From contig NC_134031.1 of the NCBI RefSeq assembly GCF_964204645.1, forward strand, positions 16,913,807 to 16,977,806: a stretch of 64,000 bases of DNA. Direction: 5' to 3'. A program made the translations under genes and the position numbers. Below are positions 11,057 through 23,792 of the stretch, in pieces. Source of the DNA: Tubulanus polymorphus. Taxonomy: Eukaryota > Animalia > Nemertea. The notes beneath the pieces were generated by a model. It made no database searches. It was given only the letters and a program-made list of their open reading frames with translations, and had not been told where the DNA came from. Position 1 is the stretch's first letter; every line of letters begins with the position of its first letter.

Positions 11057-14000
11057 TATTTGTAGACCGTGTATTAGATCATTTCATTGAATGTAAATAT
11101 AAACAATCTGTGATAAACCAAGTTCGACAAAACTACAGCAATTACTTTAGTAATAATATATATGCTTATATTCTACAGTTAAGTTCTCGATTATTGTAGA
11201 CTTGCCTTTTCTTGCTTATATATGAAAATACATAATATAAGTTCGTTTTTCGAACAACTGCATATATTTGAATGTCAAAACTATATTGTTTGTCGATTGT
11301 GAAAATCTAAAATGTTTAACGTGATGTTGTAGGTTGTCGATAATCAAGAAAACCAATCAATTCATGATTCTCTGATGGATTTGTTTTTTCCTAATTATTT
11401 AATTTCATATCGTATCTATATATTTTAAGATTAATTGATTCCGTCCAAATGAAATGTTTTTGTTGATAGTGTCTTATTTAAAAAAGAAATCCGTCCTACG
11501 CATACATTTATAGTTTTTATGGAAGTTTTGGAAATCTCTGATAGAATAAAAGATGTATGAGTAATTTCATTTGTTCTGTGTATGATGATTGTCGTGGTTT
11601 ACTTTTGTGACGAGGAGTTAAGTTTTAGCATGGAATTTAAAGTTTAGAGTCCATAGTTTTAAGAGACTAAGAGACCCATTTGAAGTGGAATATCACGACA
11701 TCTAGGAATTCGGGGGGCGAATCCAGTGACCAGTGTTGACGATAGAAAAGGGCTTAATCCAAGACAAACGAGGGGTCTTTGAAAAAGCAATAAAGGAAGT
11801 CCTGATGCAAAGTTGTTTTAGATAACTTGCTGTATTGAGTTGTAGTTTCCAGACAATAAAGATGGAATCCGGAAGAATGGTGACTTGTGCCTTTTTGTTG
11901 AAATTTGTCAGCCAGATCGTCTTGTGAAAATGACTCATTTTCTACTTCGAGCCGTCTAAGTGTCCTTTCTTAATTTTTTTTGGAATCGACTGAATCTGCC
12001 GTTTTGTTTAGAATTTCTGCCTCGTCTTGTAAAAATGTGCCCTTTTCTACCTTTGGGATTGATTGGGACGACTGAATGTGCCCTTTTTACCTAGCGGATG
12101 AAAAAATGCCCAAGTGGTTGCCGTCTGTACCCGCACCTGGAAATGATACGCCCTATCGCAAGAGGATCAATCAAAATATATATGAAGGAAGATATTTCAA
12201 ATGAAGGAAGTCATTCATAGTTTATTAAGAATCTGCCATATTTTTTTGCAAAAATCGTCACAAACATGTAATCTGCCGGCTTTAGAGAATTCATTTCGGA
12301 CAACAGTTCATACAAACAACGAGGAAATAAAAGCAAATGTTGATCGAACAACTGTGATTTGCTCGGTAAACATTTGTGAAGGGCGTCATCTCGACGGTAA
12401 ATTAGTAATTAAATAAAACCATTGATTTCAAGTATTGTTTCTGCTTCTTATGTTTCAACGAGTGTGATGTTTTACAAACATCCATCGGTCGACTTTAACA
12501 CGTTCGACAAATCGACGGCTCCTTAACTGAAAAAATCTCTCCCGCATCCATTTTTCCGTTCAACGCCTTCGAAGTAAAAACAGGCAGACAATTTTTGTTA
12601 AAGAATCGTATGTCACTAAGATGCTTTCGTAATGATAGAAGACATCGCAGTATCGATATTCTATTAGTAAATGTTCGCGCGTATACATTATTGAGAGGAA
12701 AAACATGCAGACATTTTTTTTAATCGGACGTCTCCAAACCAAACGGCTTTCGTAATGATAAAAATCTTCGCAGTATTTACTATCGTAACAGTAAACATTC
12801 GCGCGTATACACGACGGAAAGTGAAATTCGAAAGTCTCCACCGTAAAGTTTTGACGGATGAGAAGCGAGAATACGTGTCCTTGATATACTCGGTGCTTGG
12901 ATAGCGAAGGAAATTCAGCAAACAGATGCGAAATATCATAGACATCACAAGACGGGTTATTTGAAGTATATGAGAACAGGACGATATTTGATCCAGTGGT
13001 TATTTGATATCCGCAGTCGTGTCTGATTGTAGAACTCCGCCACCATCCTTGCAAGCCGATATCGGTAGTTAGGTACGCATAGATGACCACATACCGTAAG
13101 AAAGGGTCTCAGAAACATTGAAAACGTTAATGACGTCATATTCTTTATCACAGGAATTCGTCTATCATCATTTTTTTATCTATCTATTGATCATCTTGAA
13201 GAAAAAATCATTTTTATCAAAAATTTCATTATTTTACAGTTCCTACGAAAAAACTGCAAAAAATGTCTCTGTTTTCTGCGCCAGGCAGATATTGATGCCC
13301 GCATAACCGAATGCATTGCGTTATTTGACGAATTGGTTGAGAGAATACGCATTTCAAAATTCGAATCATTTTCTACAAGAACGCATTACGTTTTATAGGA
13401 AACCTTCCATATTCGACGGCGTTAAAACATTTTAAAATGTCTAAATCCTAAAACATTTTTGAAAGCGATGCGGTGATATTGTAAGATTTCACACGAATAC
13501 GGAATAATTTCGCTGTCGTCGTACCTATCGTAATGTTACCGTAGATCAAAGAGAAATGTTTTTTTTCTTTCTGTCTGCAGCTGTTGCGTTTTTCCTCGAT
13601 CCACTGATTTTCACCCCTTTTTGTCAATGGTACTTTCGCCGAGAAAAAAACCCACTTTTCTTTCTTAAAAACAAACAAGTATATTATTCATGATACTTTG
13701 TCAAAGATCAACGCCACATTTCTCGCTCGCGACACACTTCCCTGTGCACGATATCTGTATTCGAGTAAACGTATTCTGATTTTAAAGGCGAAATCAGTGA
13801 AATGTCATACATATCGTATAGGTTCGTGTATCACGCCGCAATGTAACGTCATCTTTGTCAATATTCCCGATGAAAGACAAGACTTAAACACCGGGATACA
13901 ATTACCGTCAACGCTGTACTTGTCCTGTATTTTTCTGTCCGTGTGAAATCGGAATATCTGCAATAATCTTCCCCACGAACAAGCGAGCTTGTCGTAATAT

Positions 14001-14210
14001 GTAGCAATTTGTTAAGAAATAAAATAATTACCGATAATAAACCACGTTTTAGTTTCTATTTTCGCTGAGTTACGGGAAAAAACTGTTGATTTTTGCCACT
14101 GGTATTCTGTGCGTTTTACTAATGCCATTGTACAGAATTGGTAAACAGTTTAGTATCGGTAAAGATGAATAGTTTATAGTATCATGTCTTATCGATTTTT
14201 TTCTCTCAAT

Positions 14211-14385
14211 GAACCCATCGCACACGACGCAGAAAACAGGGAAACACATAAAAATGGAAACAAACATGTTTGATCTCGGAAATATTGTTTCCCAAAACCA
14301 CGTTTCCCGTAAACGCGCACGACATAGGGAAACGCTCGGAAACATGTTTCTCCTGTTTCCGTGTTTTGTTTGCGTCGTGGGCTTT
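14211..14385. mobile_element. MITE family E copy (reverse orientation)
   Basis: Inverted ends CCCATCGCACACGACGCAG...TTTGCGTCGTGGGCTT; internal similarity to the 10532 and 48745 copies. Confidence 0.6.
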
Positions 14386-15514
14386 CAGTATCGAAAATAG
14401 AAATTCTTTATTATTTGTACCCTTCTTTAATTAAATCGATAGGCGAGAATAACCTTCTTTTCTGATTAAGAAAAGAGAAATCTGCAAAACAACGTAGCTT
14501 GTATTTAATGTTCCGAACAAGCAAAACGCAGGTGATGATACTGTGAATTTTGGTGACAGTTGTGGTTTTTATTTACTGGCAATAACTGTTGTGAAGTGGG
14601 GGTACGTTTGACAAGCCCGTTTCATGTAGTGGTTGGCTTCAAACTCGCCCCATGAATTATAAATCGCGTGTTAATGGTGGTATGCACGGTAGCCATTAAA
14701 GAGCAAAGGCGAACGGGTATGACTGTTGAATACTGATTGACGGCAAACCAGATTGCCTTAAACCGGCAAACAAAGGCGCTGACATTTTCATCGACTTTGC
14801 TACGATAACCAAGTTAACAAAATCTATTTGATATATCATTTACTCGATTTGAGTCCTGACGTGGTATCTCTCCTCCATTTGTTTGATTCTAATACTATTT
14901 CGACATCGACGCCAATTCAATAAAACTGCGCGCTTGCTTACAGACGACATACGGGCGGGTTCACAGTATTATTGGTCACCGGTACTGGGTATGACAAATA
15001 CACTCATATTGTAGAAACAATTTTGTTGTCTTATTCCTTTTAATTTTTTTTTCTTATCGTGAAAATATTGGGCGTTAGGAAATCATCAATTTGCACGGGA
15101 TTCACTGTCCATGAAAATCTCTCAATGCAACAACGTCACCCAATTTTTGCATCTGAACACTCCTACTCAGGGGTGGATCTAGGGTCTGTGCACCCCCCCC
15201 CAAGTAGGGCTTATCATATTATAAGGGCACCCGAAAAGCTCATCGGAAGAACAAGCTCATGTAATTATAATCTTTTAGGTATCAGTTTAATATTTTTCAT
15301 ATTCCCGTAAAATTTCTGGGCAATTACTTGACATACTTGACATATTTGCCCCCCTGCACTCTCCTCCTGGATCAGTCCGTAGAAAACCATCATTAGATCG
15401 TCGTGTCGAGTAGACGTTAATCATGAAAACTACATTTTAATATCAATGCTTCAATTCTGAAAGAATGTTGTTTCATTTTACAAATCGTGACTCCGCGAAT
15501 TAGTTCAGCAGTTG

Positions 15515-15777
15515 AGGAAAGGATCCCACAATGATAATAAAAAGTCCGAAAATGAAACTTCGAGATAGTAGTTTATTTCAACGTTTCGACTATATCCTAA
15601 TAGTCATTTTCAGGAATAATGAGGCTAATAATAGGATTATTCCTGAAGATGACTATTAGGATATAGTCGAAACGTTAAAATAAACTACTATCTCGAAGTT
15701 TCATTTTCGGACTTTTTATTATCATTGTGGGATTCTCTCCTCATCGCGTCAACACGGATATAGTGTTCTACCAATCG
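15515..15777 (+). mobile_element. Penelope-like retroelement remnant: inverted pseudo-LTR pair with 3' tail and 14-bp target-site duplication
   Basis: Arms 15513-15620 and 15636-15743 are near-perfect inverted copies around a 15-nt spacer. A ~35-nt unique tail follows. TAGTTCAGCAGTTG is duplicated at 15501-15514 and 15778-15791. Each arm carries a hammerhead core. Confidence 0.8.
15636..15683 (+). ncRNA. Minimal type I hammerhead ribozyme motif
   Basis: ATTATTC-CTGAAGA-T-GACTAT[TAGGAT]ATAGTC-GAAA-CG-TT. The mirror copy on the minus strand of the left arm reads CTGAAAA (core mutated). Confidence 0.65.
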
Positions 15778-16897
15778 TAGTTCAGCAGTTGTGGGTTCAA
15801 CTGAAGCTACATATAATCATATTTGCGATATATTCTGTTTATGCAAATTTTAAAATGTACTTAATATGGGGGATCGGGTATAGCTGAACTAAGAAGGCGA
15901 ATAAGTGTTCAGGAAATACAAAACAGCAGCATACACCCGGAAGGCGGTTCAGATTGCGGGGTATTAAGCATCGTCTCCCAGAATTCACCGATTTCTTCGC
16001 GTCGGAAATCGTTATTGGAATCGTAAATCCGGTTGATCGAGTTTTATAGAGAACTTGGTTCGTTCAGTGTCCAGTTGAGTAGACCCGCGGGAAAATACTA
16101 GCCACCAAACCGCCAGTACCTGGCATCATTAAAATCCGACAAAAGACACACATAACAGACATGTGAAGACACGTCGCTATTCCCAGGTCGGTAATGATCG
16201 ACCATTTGGACATCGTACGCCGGGTATTTCAGCCTAGAACTCGCGGTATTAAGTTCACTAGACTGTATCGGACTCGATAAACAAATCTGCATACGTTAAA
16301 TAAACTCCGTAACGAAATCGTCGTTAAACATCGATAGGCTCGTTAAAATCAGGGTGATTTGGGTCTTAAGCAATCATTGTTAGAATATTCAAGTCGATCT
16401 GTCAAGTGAGAGAAGAGAGAAATACCCCTCATTTACATTTTGATAATCCACTGGATCGCCGTTATGAAATACATACAGTTTGTTCTTCTCCAATCGGTTA
16501 ACATTTGAGGATTATGTTAAATGACATTATGATGTCGGCTTTATTTCTTTTTTAATTTTTGCATCCGTGGATATTTTCTTAATTGTCTATTTTCTGAACA
16601 GTATGGTTCACGTCGATCCATAATAGCACGGTGTAATCTGGAGAATATTTAAGTCGACACGTTCGAAAAAATATCGAACTTATATATTTGTAGATTCTTA
16701 TTGAAGATCAGAAATGGCATGGCGTGGTTTTGGTAATTATATGTCTTCGGAATTATACATTTTTCGAGACGCGCCCTCGCTGCGGGCATCCGGAGTCGCG
16801 TTAGCCTGATGGGTGCACCATGTTAGACACATTGTTACCGCGAAACACGAATAAAGTCATGTTCAAAATCAAAATGAAAAAGCTATTCATCTTTTCT

Positions 16898-17179
16898 CAG
16901 GCCCATGCTGAGCTTTTCTGAGGGGCAGTTCTGATTCAGGAGAAGGGACATTTTTTCACCGTGAAAAGAGGAACTTTCCCTATTGAAAAAGGACAGATCT
17001 TAAATATGAGTATTTGATGTAAATCATTTGCGAATGGATAACTTTTCATTAAAAAAAAACAACATACAAATCTTATCCAACTTTCGAAAAATCTCGACCA
17101 GAACTTTTTGTCACTGATATTCAGAAGGGCGCCTTGAAAATTTTAGGGGGTTCGTTCGCTACCCCTCGGCACGGGCCTG
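16898..17179. mobile_element. CAGG-ended MITE family K (hAT-like termini)
   Basis: Inverted ends CAGGCCCATGCTGAG...CTCGGCACGGGCCTG; interior closely similar to 24180-24430 and partly to 50570-50706. Confidence 0.65.
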
Positions 17180-19124
17180 TTTCTATTTCGCGTGGAAAGC
17201 GCACGCGAAAATGCCGCACGCGGTGCTAATATCGCTAATGCTCGAACTGAAGGCATTAAGCAGTTTATATTCCCAGAAAGGCAAATAGAGTTAGTTGAAA
17301 GCGAGTGAACAAAAGCGGGTAATATCTGTACCACCGAGCCGTTCTGCTAATAGTTAGTAATAATGTGATTACGTGGCGTCACCTACTCGACGAGTCCGTA
17401 GCCGCTAAAAGCAGCCTGTTCAATTCAAGCATCACTTCCAGGCTCACGAGTGATGCTGAAGTATTAGCTGTAATATTAGTCGCAATCCGTTGAAAACCAT
17501 TCCAAATCGCCCAAAGATACCGCAAAATCAAATGCGCAGTTCGGAGTCGCTTTTGTCTTATTTTGAAAGAACGTGTGTCGCACGAAACGCTTTTTCGCCG
17601 AGCTCGCTCTCGACTGCGTGTCCTGACGCGAAAAACCAACTTCAAACTCACGACGATGGCCATTTAACAAAACGCTCATATATACTTTGAAATTCACGCA
17701 GATTTTTCTTTAGAATGTTCGTTGTTTCACAATTCTTTCCAGGTATTGTATTTGTTTTCGAAGATTCATCGGGAATATAACATGTCTTATACGGTGACTG
17801 AACAAAATAACTTCCTCAATGCGCACGAAACCCGTCTAGTTTTACAGAATCCTGCAGCGACATTTGAATTAGAACAACAGAGCCATTTCGCGCATCAATG
17901 CACTGATATCCTATCGAACTCGCTTTCGCGCTAAAACAATAGTTCGAAAGGTCACCAATTGCGCCATATCTCATTTGAAAAACATCTGTACGGATGACGG
18001 ACTCTAAAACGAGACTCTGAAACGTTTTAGAGTCCACGAAAGACAACAGAGGTGTCATGTACAAGAAAGATACAATTCAATTAACATAATTGGATTGATC
18101 GTTAGATTTTATTTGATACGTGAACGTTTGTTCAACGACCAGAAAAAAAATTTTCCATAGAAATACAACTGATATAGTTTAATACCAACAAGGAATAAAC
18201 ACGCCATAACACGAATTTATAATGATATACTTTACTGCTTATTGTGGGGGTTCTAATTAGTCCCGGAGAGACCGTGAACGGATATACACGTATCATTTCG
18301 GATGGGTTTCCTAGTATCACTGGTATATGTCGACGGTACTAATTAATACAACATAAGTAATTAAGCTAATGACAATTCCCGGCCCTTTATCACTCTTGTT
18401 CTTAACTATTCAATCCATATTCTCAAAATTTCAAAAATCCTTATCATTCCTTTATGAAAGAGAAATTAAACATATACGAACAAATTTGTGAAAATAGAAT
18501 ATAAATTCAGACTATTATGCAGCGCATACTGCCCGCAAAAAAAACTTTTTTGCACTTTCTGAGACAAGGTCGGGGGAAAAGTTAAAGATATTTGATTAAT
18601 TTGACAAGTAACACCACCACGCAATGTGTCATACACTCAGCGTATGAATGATTCATTTGCGAAATGCGGCACTTTGCCGAAAAAACCTTGTTGAAGGTGA
18701 AATTCGCGGAGAAACACATCGGAACATCCCTAATTAAAATCTAATTCACTTTTGTCGCCTTTGAAATCGAAAGGCGTAGGATCTTGCAGTGCCGAGCATG
18801 CGCAGTGTCATCGGCTGAGTTCTATGAATACGTCACAGCACTTGAAAGTGTCTCTCCTTTGGCGCGTCAAAACCGCAACATAAAGACTAAGAGTGCCACT
18901 CTATCCTGACTTCGTTAGTGAGCGCCTGAAACTTCGAGAAAACTACATCGGGAACTGCGGATATCCAGACGACTCATACAAAACACTCATAACGTAAGTA
19001 CACATTTTCTCATCGCTGACATTCTAACATTGTTTCTTGATATTCGTAGAGTAGACGTGTTAACCAGGTTTAAAATAAGTAACGAGAAGAGTAGTACTGT
19101 ATAGGTTAACTATTTATTTAGACG

Positions 19125-19165
19125 CACGAGCTTTCGCTTCTGATGAATAGAAGCTTCATCAGGTG
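19125..19165 (-). ncRNA. Intact-looking minimal type I hammerhead ribozyme (Penelope-type)
   Basis: Minus strand reads CAC-CUGAUGA-A-GCUUCU[AUUCAUC]AGAAGC-GAAA-GC-UC^GUG: full catalytic core, 6-bp stem II, palindromic AGCU in place of helix III, stem I CAC/GUG, and AAUAAA just downstream. Confidence 0.75.
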
Positions 19166-20804
19166 AATGAGTCAATGAGGTGAATGAGTGAATGAGAATT
19201 GTTTCTTATAACTGATCGCTTTTTTTCTCTTAAAACTTGAATAAGAAATGTGAAAAAATATTTGATTTGGATTTTTCGATTAGTTGAGCCGATTAAGCCA
19301 AGACTGGTAGAAATGTCAGAGCACTTCAATAAGAAATGATTGAATACCAACGAGCATGAAATATTGTTCGCTTGATAATAATATTTGATCGCAGAAAAGC
19401 TTGCTGCCCATTAGATAGAAAATATGGGAGATGAATTGGCGCTGTTATACGTTTTACGTTTTTTGGGTAATCGGCTACTCTAAACAAAGACAATAACCCC
19501 AGTCCTGTGTTGCGCGTCTATTCGCGTTATTCAATCACGTTTAATAGCATACCTGCGCTAAAACGTTTTTTTTTCTGGAAACTACGAACATTCATTCCCA
19601 GATCGTATGACCAATTCTTTTCCAGATATCTGATAATTTTCGACGTTTCAGCTGCTTTTTGCGACGGTTGGCGTTTTATTAACCATGTTATATATAATAA
19701 TCCTTGCTATGTTTGGTTATAAACAAATAAACCGGCGGTAATCTTATTATCCCACGAGATACCGCTCTATGGTCAGATACAATAAACGGACTGGTAATTC
19801 TGGATTCTGGCGCATCCTTTGATTGTCGATACCGAGCATTCGGTCATAAAAAACCCTTATCACAATAAACCATATCTTATTTTACAACGCCCAGCAGGCC
19901 GGCGGTGGCGCAACGAAAGATAATTTCCGCTACATCTTCCTTCGATTTTCTATAAAAGAGATTTCCACGGAAAGCTACTTTTAATCTGAACGAAAAAAAG
20001 GAGTTTAGATTAATTTCTAATGGCGTTTGGATTACGAACTGAGGTTACATGCGTCGTAACGTCACAGCGCGCCATAGTGACGTCGTATTGTCAGTCAAGC
20101 TGCTCACTGAAGTCGCAGCTGGACCCAGGGCCCGGTTTCACGAACTTTGGTTAACTTTTAATTAGAATAAGGTAATCAACCCGTATTAGGGGCTTAATTC
20201 CCGTTTGTGAAACGGGGCGGTTACAGGCTAAAAGAAAGAAAGGGGTTCACCTTGCATGAAAAGGGCACTCTATAGTCGAGGCGGGCGTCCCGGCGAGTGC
20301 TACAGGCGCGAGGTGCTTGTCGGGGTCTGAACATCCACCAAAACATTTTGAAAATGTAGATACATTTTTATGCGATTTTAGTGCATATTAGATCAACACC
20401 GGTACCATGGATTTTCAAAAGGGCACTTGGTCAGAAAAGGGTGGGGGACCCCGGACTCTGGGTCCGCCCCTTGATTGGTGTAGATATCGGAGAACAGAAT
20501 CGTAATTTAAGCATTTTGATAACATCTTGACGTCGAGGATGCCATTAAAACAAAGATAAACAAGAAAACTAACTCGAAGTTTATTGACGCCTTTAAAAAT
20601 AACACGAGATTAACAAATTTAGGGTTTGTGTTGAGTTACCTCAACTTGATTTATTACCCCTAGTTTTGCCGTTTGCTATTGCTTACCCTGTACTCTATTA
20701 TTGTTTTCCTATCTTCATTTCAAATTACTTAAATCTATATTCAACTTTTTAAATCACTCACTCCAATCAATCGCTCACACTCTTGTTAATCTATCTTGTA
20801 TCAG

Positions 20805-20846
20805 TACGCCTGATGATGGCCAATAGGTTTTAGCCGAAACGTTGTT
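20805..20846 (+). ncRNA. Degenerate minimal hammerhead motif in a Penelope-like pseudo-LTR remnant (~20700-20915)
   Basis: CTGATGA (20810-20816)-T-GGCCAA[TAGGTT]TTAGCC-GAAA-CGTT; stem I is weak. Downstream ATTATTGTGGGATTTCTCTC matches ATCATTGTGGGATTCTCTC of the 15.5-kb element. Confidence 0.55.
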
Positions 20847-23792
20847 CTAATCACATTCTCGTCTATACTACTAAAATTTAACATCTCTCTATTATTGTGG
20901 GATTTCTCTCGACTATAACGTGAAGAGTCCTTTCAATGAATACCTTGAAGTCCGAGATATAAACCAGGATTAAACATACTCGGCATACTCCCCTTATCCT
21001 GGATTATATAACTCTGGGTACGCGCCGGCAATTATACTACATGTCCATCTACGTCGTCTTGGCGGTCGTCTATCTGTAAGTTCGATGACTTTTGAGATTG
21101 GATCGCGTCGAAGTGTCCACAAAGCACTTACGCTAACTGCGAGAAATCCTTTCTATATTCGCGCCATCCTAAATAGACATTCACGTTCATTACGATCCTG
21201 TCGATATGGCCCCCTACTTAGAGAACCGCTATGCCAGAATGCTCAGTTGAACAGTCGTGTTGCACGAAGAAAATGCTCATATCTACAAAACCGTTTGGGA
21301 CTTTTTACTCTGCAGCAAGACAACTGGTCGTTTTGTGTTCCCTTAAATAGCATGATTGTAATTTTTACAGACACGCTGCAAAATTTTCCTCAAATCAATA
21401 TTTTTGAATACTGTTTTTATATCTTTAATAAGACTTGATTTTTATCGCTTTAAGTCAAAGTATTTTGAGGCAAATTTCAATTTTTTGTGCGGTTAAGTGC
21501 TTTTGACTCCACCCAAAATTAGAACGGAACAAAGCTCGCGCCTTTGGCAGCTGTCTTTCAATCTTTTCTATTTCATTTGAATTTTTTTTCCAGAAATATT
21601 CGTTAAATCACTCATTTCAAATGATGAATGTTGCTGAAGGCCATGAAGCCCGTAGTCGATTCGAAAAAGAAATCGTCTGCTTTGATCATGGCGGTTTTTT
21701 TATCGTCAATTGCGAACATCGTGTAAACATTCCGATTAATGTCAATTAAAAAACGACAAAACGAACACAAAAGGATAAGTTTTAGCAACATTTTCATCTA
21801 TTGTTCTGAACGACGTAGACACGAGTTTTACAAAGGGATCCACAATTCATGTCTTTCGTCGAGATCGTTGCATTAAATCATTAAATATTCCCCGAGGTCC
21901 CGAGTGAGAGTATACGACACGAAAAATCCCAAATCTTACGAGCGTATATAAGGTTTGGACTCGAGAGTTTCTTCTGGTTAAGCCACAGAGACAGACTTGT
22001 TAACAAATATGCACCCATCATGAGAGACTTAATCTCAGGAGTAAATTAGTTAAAGCAGATACGCCCAGAGTGTCGCATATAGAACTATCAGTTATTTAAC
22101 TAATCAACAGAGGTCACCGACAACTGAAATGAAAACGACAACACCTACGTCACCCATCTTCAAAGGGTAATAGTGATGAAACATCAGATCCTCTCAGGTC
22201 TATTAGTTAATGACAACTACTCTTCACACCCCTTTTATTCTAAACATAATCTGATCATACTGTATACGTACGACCTGTACCACATTTTGAATCATTGTTC
22301 GCTCTTCAGAACTAACTGACAAATCAACATCGAATATTTTATCAAATACACTTTCAGTCGAGATGTCTTTTTTCGGCATAGCAGGCGTTTGATATGAAGT
22401 CGAACGCGGATAGGACTGCTGCAGTATCCTCCGTCGCCTGTTATCTTTTTAATATCGCCTGAAATGTAATGTCGTCGTCAAACCAGAACATGTCAATTAC
22501 GAGAACACCTCTGAAGAAAATTTGATCTTATCCGAGCACTAGAACTTCTTATCAGTGGGTTATTTTATGGTGAATTAGATTCGATCGCTTGACGCACACG
22601 ATATTTTCAAACTTACAGTTTTAAAACGCGGCGATGTAATAGATTGTTTATCGCGGATATTTCGGATTTAGTGCCGTAGTGCTGATCATCTTCGTCAAAT
22701 TAGTTTCTCGTTTCTATAGCGGGTCTCCCTTAGACAGATAATTGCTATTAAACAATCTTATTAAATTCCGTGTCTTACGTCTTACACGGAAGTATCTTCA
22801 ATGCGCGCTATGTACTCTGTGGCTCGGAAATTCTTTTTGGAGTGCATGGTGGGACTAAAAACTATGATAAGCATTTCCCTAATCTGTAAATTGAATAAAT
22901 TAGCTACCAATACTACGGCGCACCTAGTGAGTCAGATACGCTTAGATATTCGCATTCCCGTATTGACGAATTTCATAAACCATAGACATTTTTATAGAAT
23001 TCACATCGACTTTAAAAATACGGAAAATGAGTACGTCAAAACAAATCCGCTTGATCAACGGCCTCGATTTTTTTCGGGCGGAAAACGTCTTTCCACAACA
23101 TTTCCCAATCCATACACGGAAAAGCCCAGTACGTAGTACGCCGTCTTACGTATGGATTACGAGAAAATGGATCGTTCGAGAGAACCCAGATCCAGTGACA
23201 CTAATCTAATCAAATATCACCGATAAAGCCGTTTAATGAACTATTGTTTATGACGTTAGCTGCTCTCTGATGCCAGTTTCGATATGAATGTTTTGCTGAA
23301 GGCGCTTCTCTCTGCGACGCTCGCGTTGTTGTCGTGTAGCGCACGGAACCGACGACTTTCAATGAAACAATTAGAAAAACTTCGTGGATCGTCGGTAATT
23401 TTTTTCACAATTAAGACGTATTCGTATGCGTCAATTGAGATGGTATGGGGAGCGCTTGGTCGGTCGGCAAATGGATGTATTTGACCGGAGAGTTGATTCA
23501 CCCAAAAAGACCACATTACATCTTTTTAGTTATATGAGATTTTACCATTTTTTTGAAAGGCTTTTCTTTTTTTGTGTAACTTACATTTTTCCCACTACCA
23601 AATTTCCTTGGCATAGACTTCAGATAAAAGGTTGGGTGACAGTTCATAGTTGCTAACATGTGATATATTCTGAGAGTTTGTTATCGAGTTCATTGAAAAA
23701 CAACGATATCGACGATTTCATAAGTTAGTCAAAAATATTGAGAATTCTACGAAAATATATTTGCCATCTTCCGTTATTTTCAGACAGCGATC

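Noticed and set aside
15900-18070. Possible minus-strand exons and ORFs at 16098-16292, 17143-17334, 17379-17697 and 17816-18064
   Set aside because: No consistent splice chain or recognisable protein could be built.
21940-22045. TATATAAG box as the neuropeptide gene promoter
   Set aside because: An upstream non-coding exon is expected, but nothing ties it specifically to this site.
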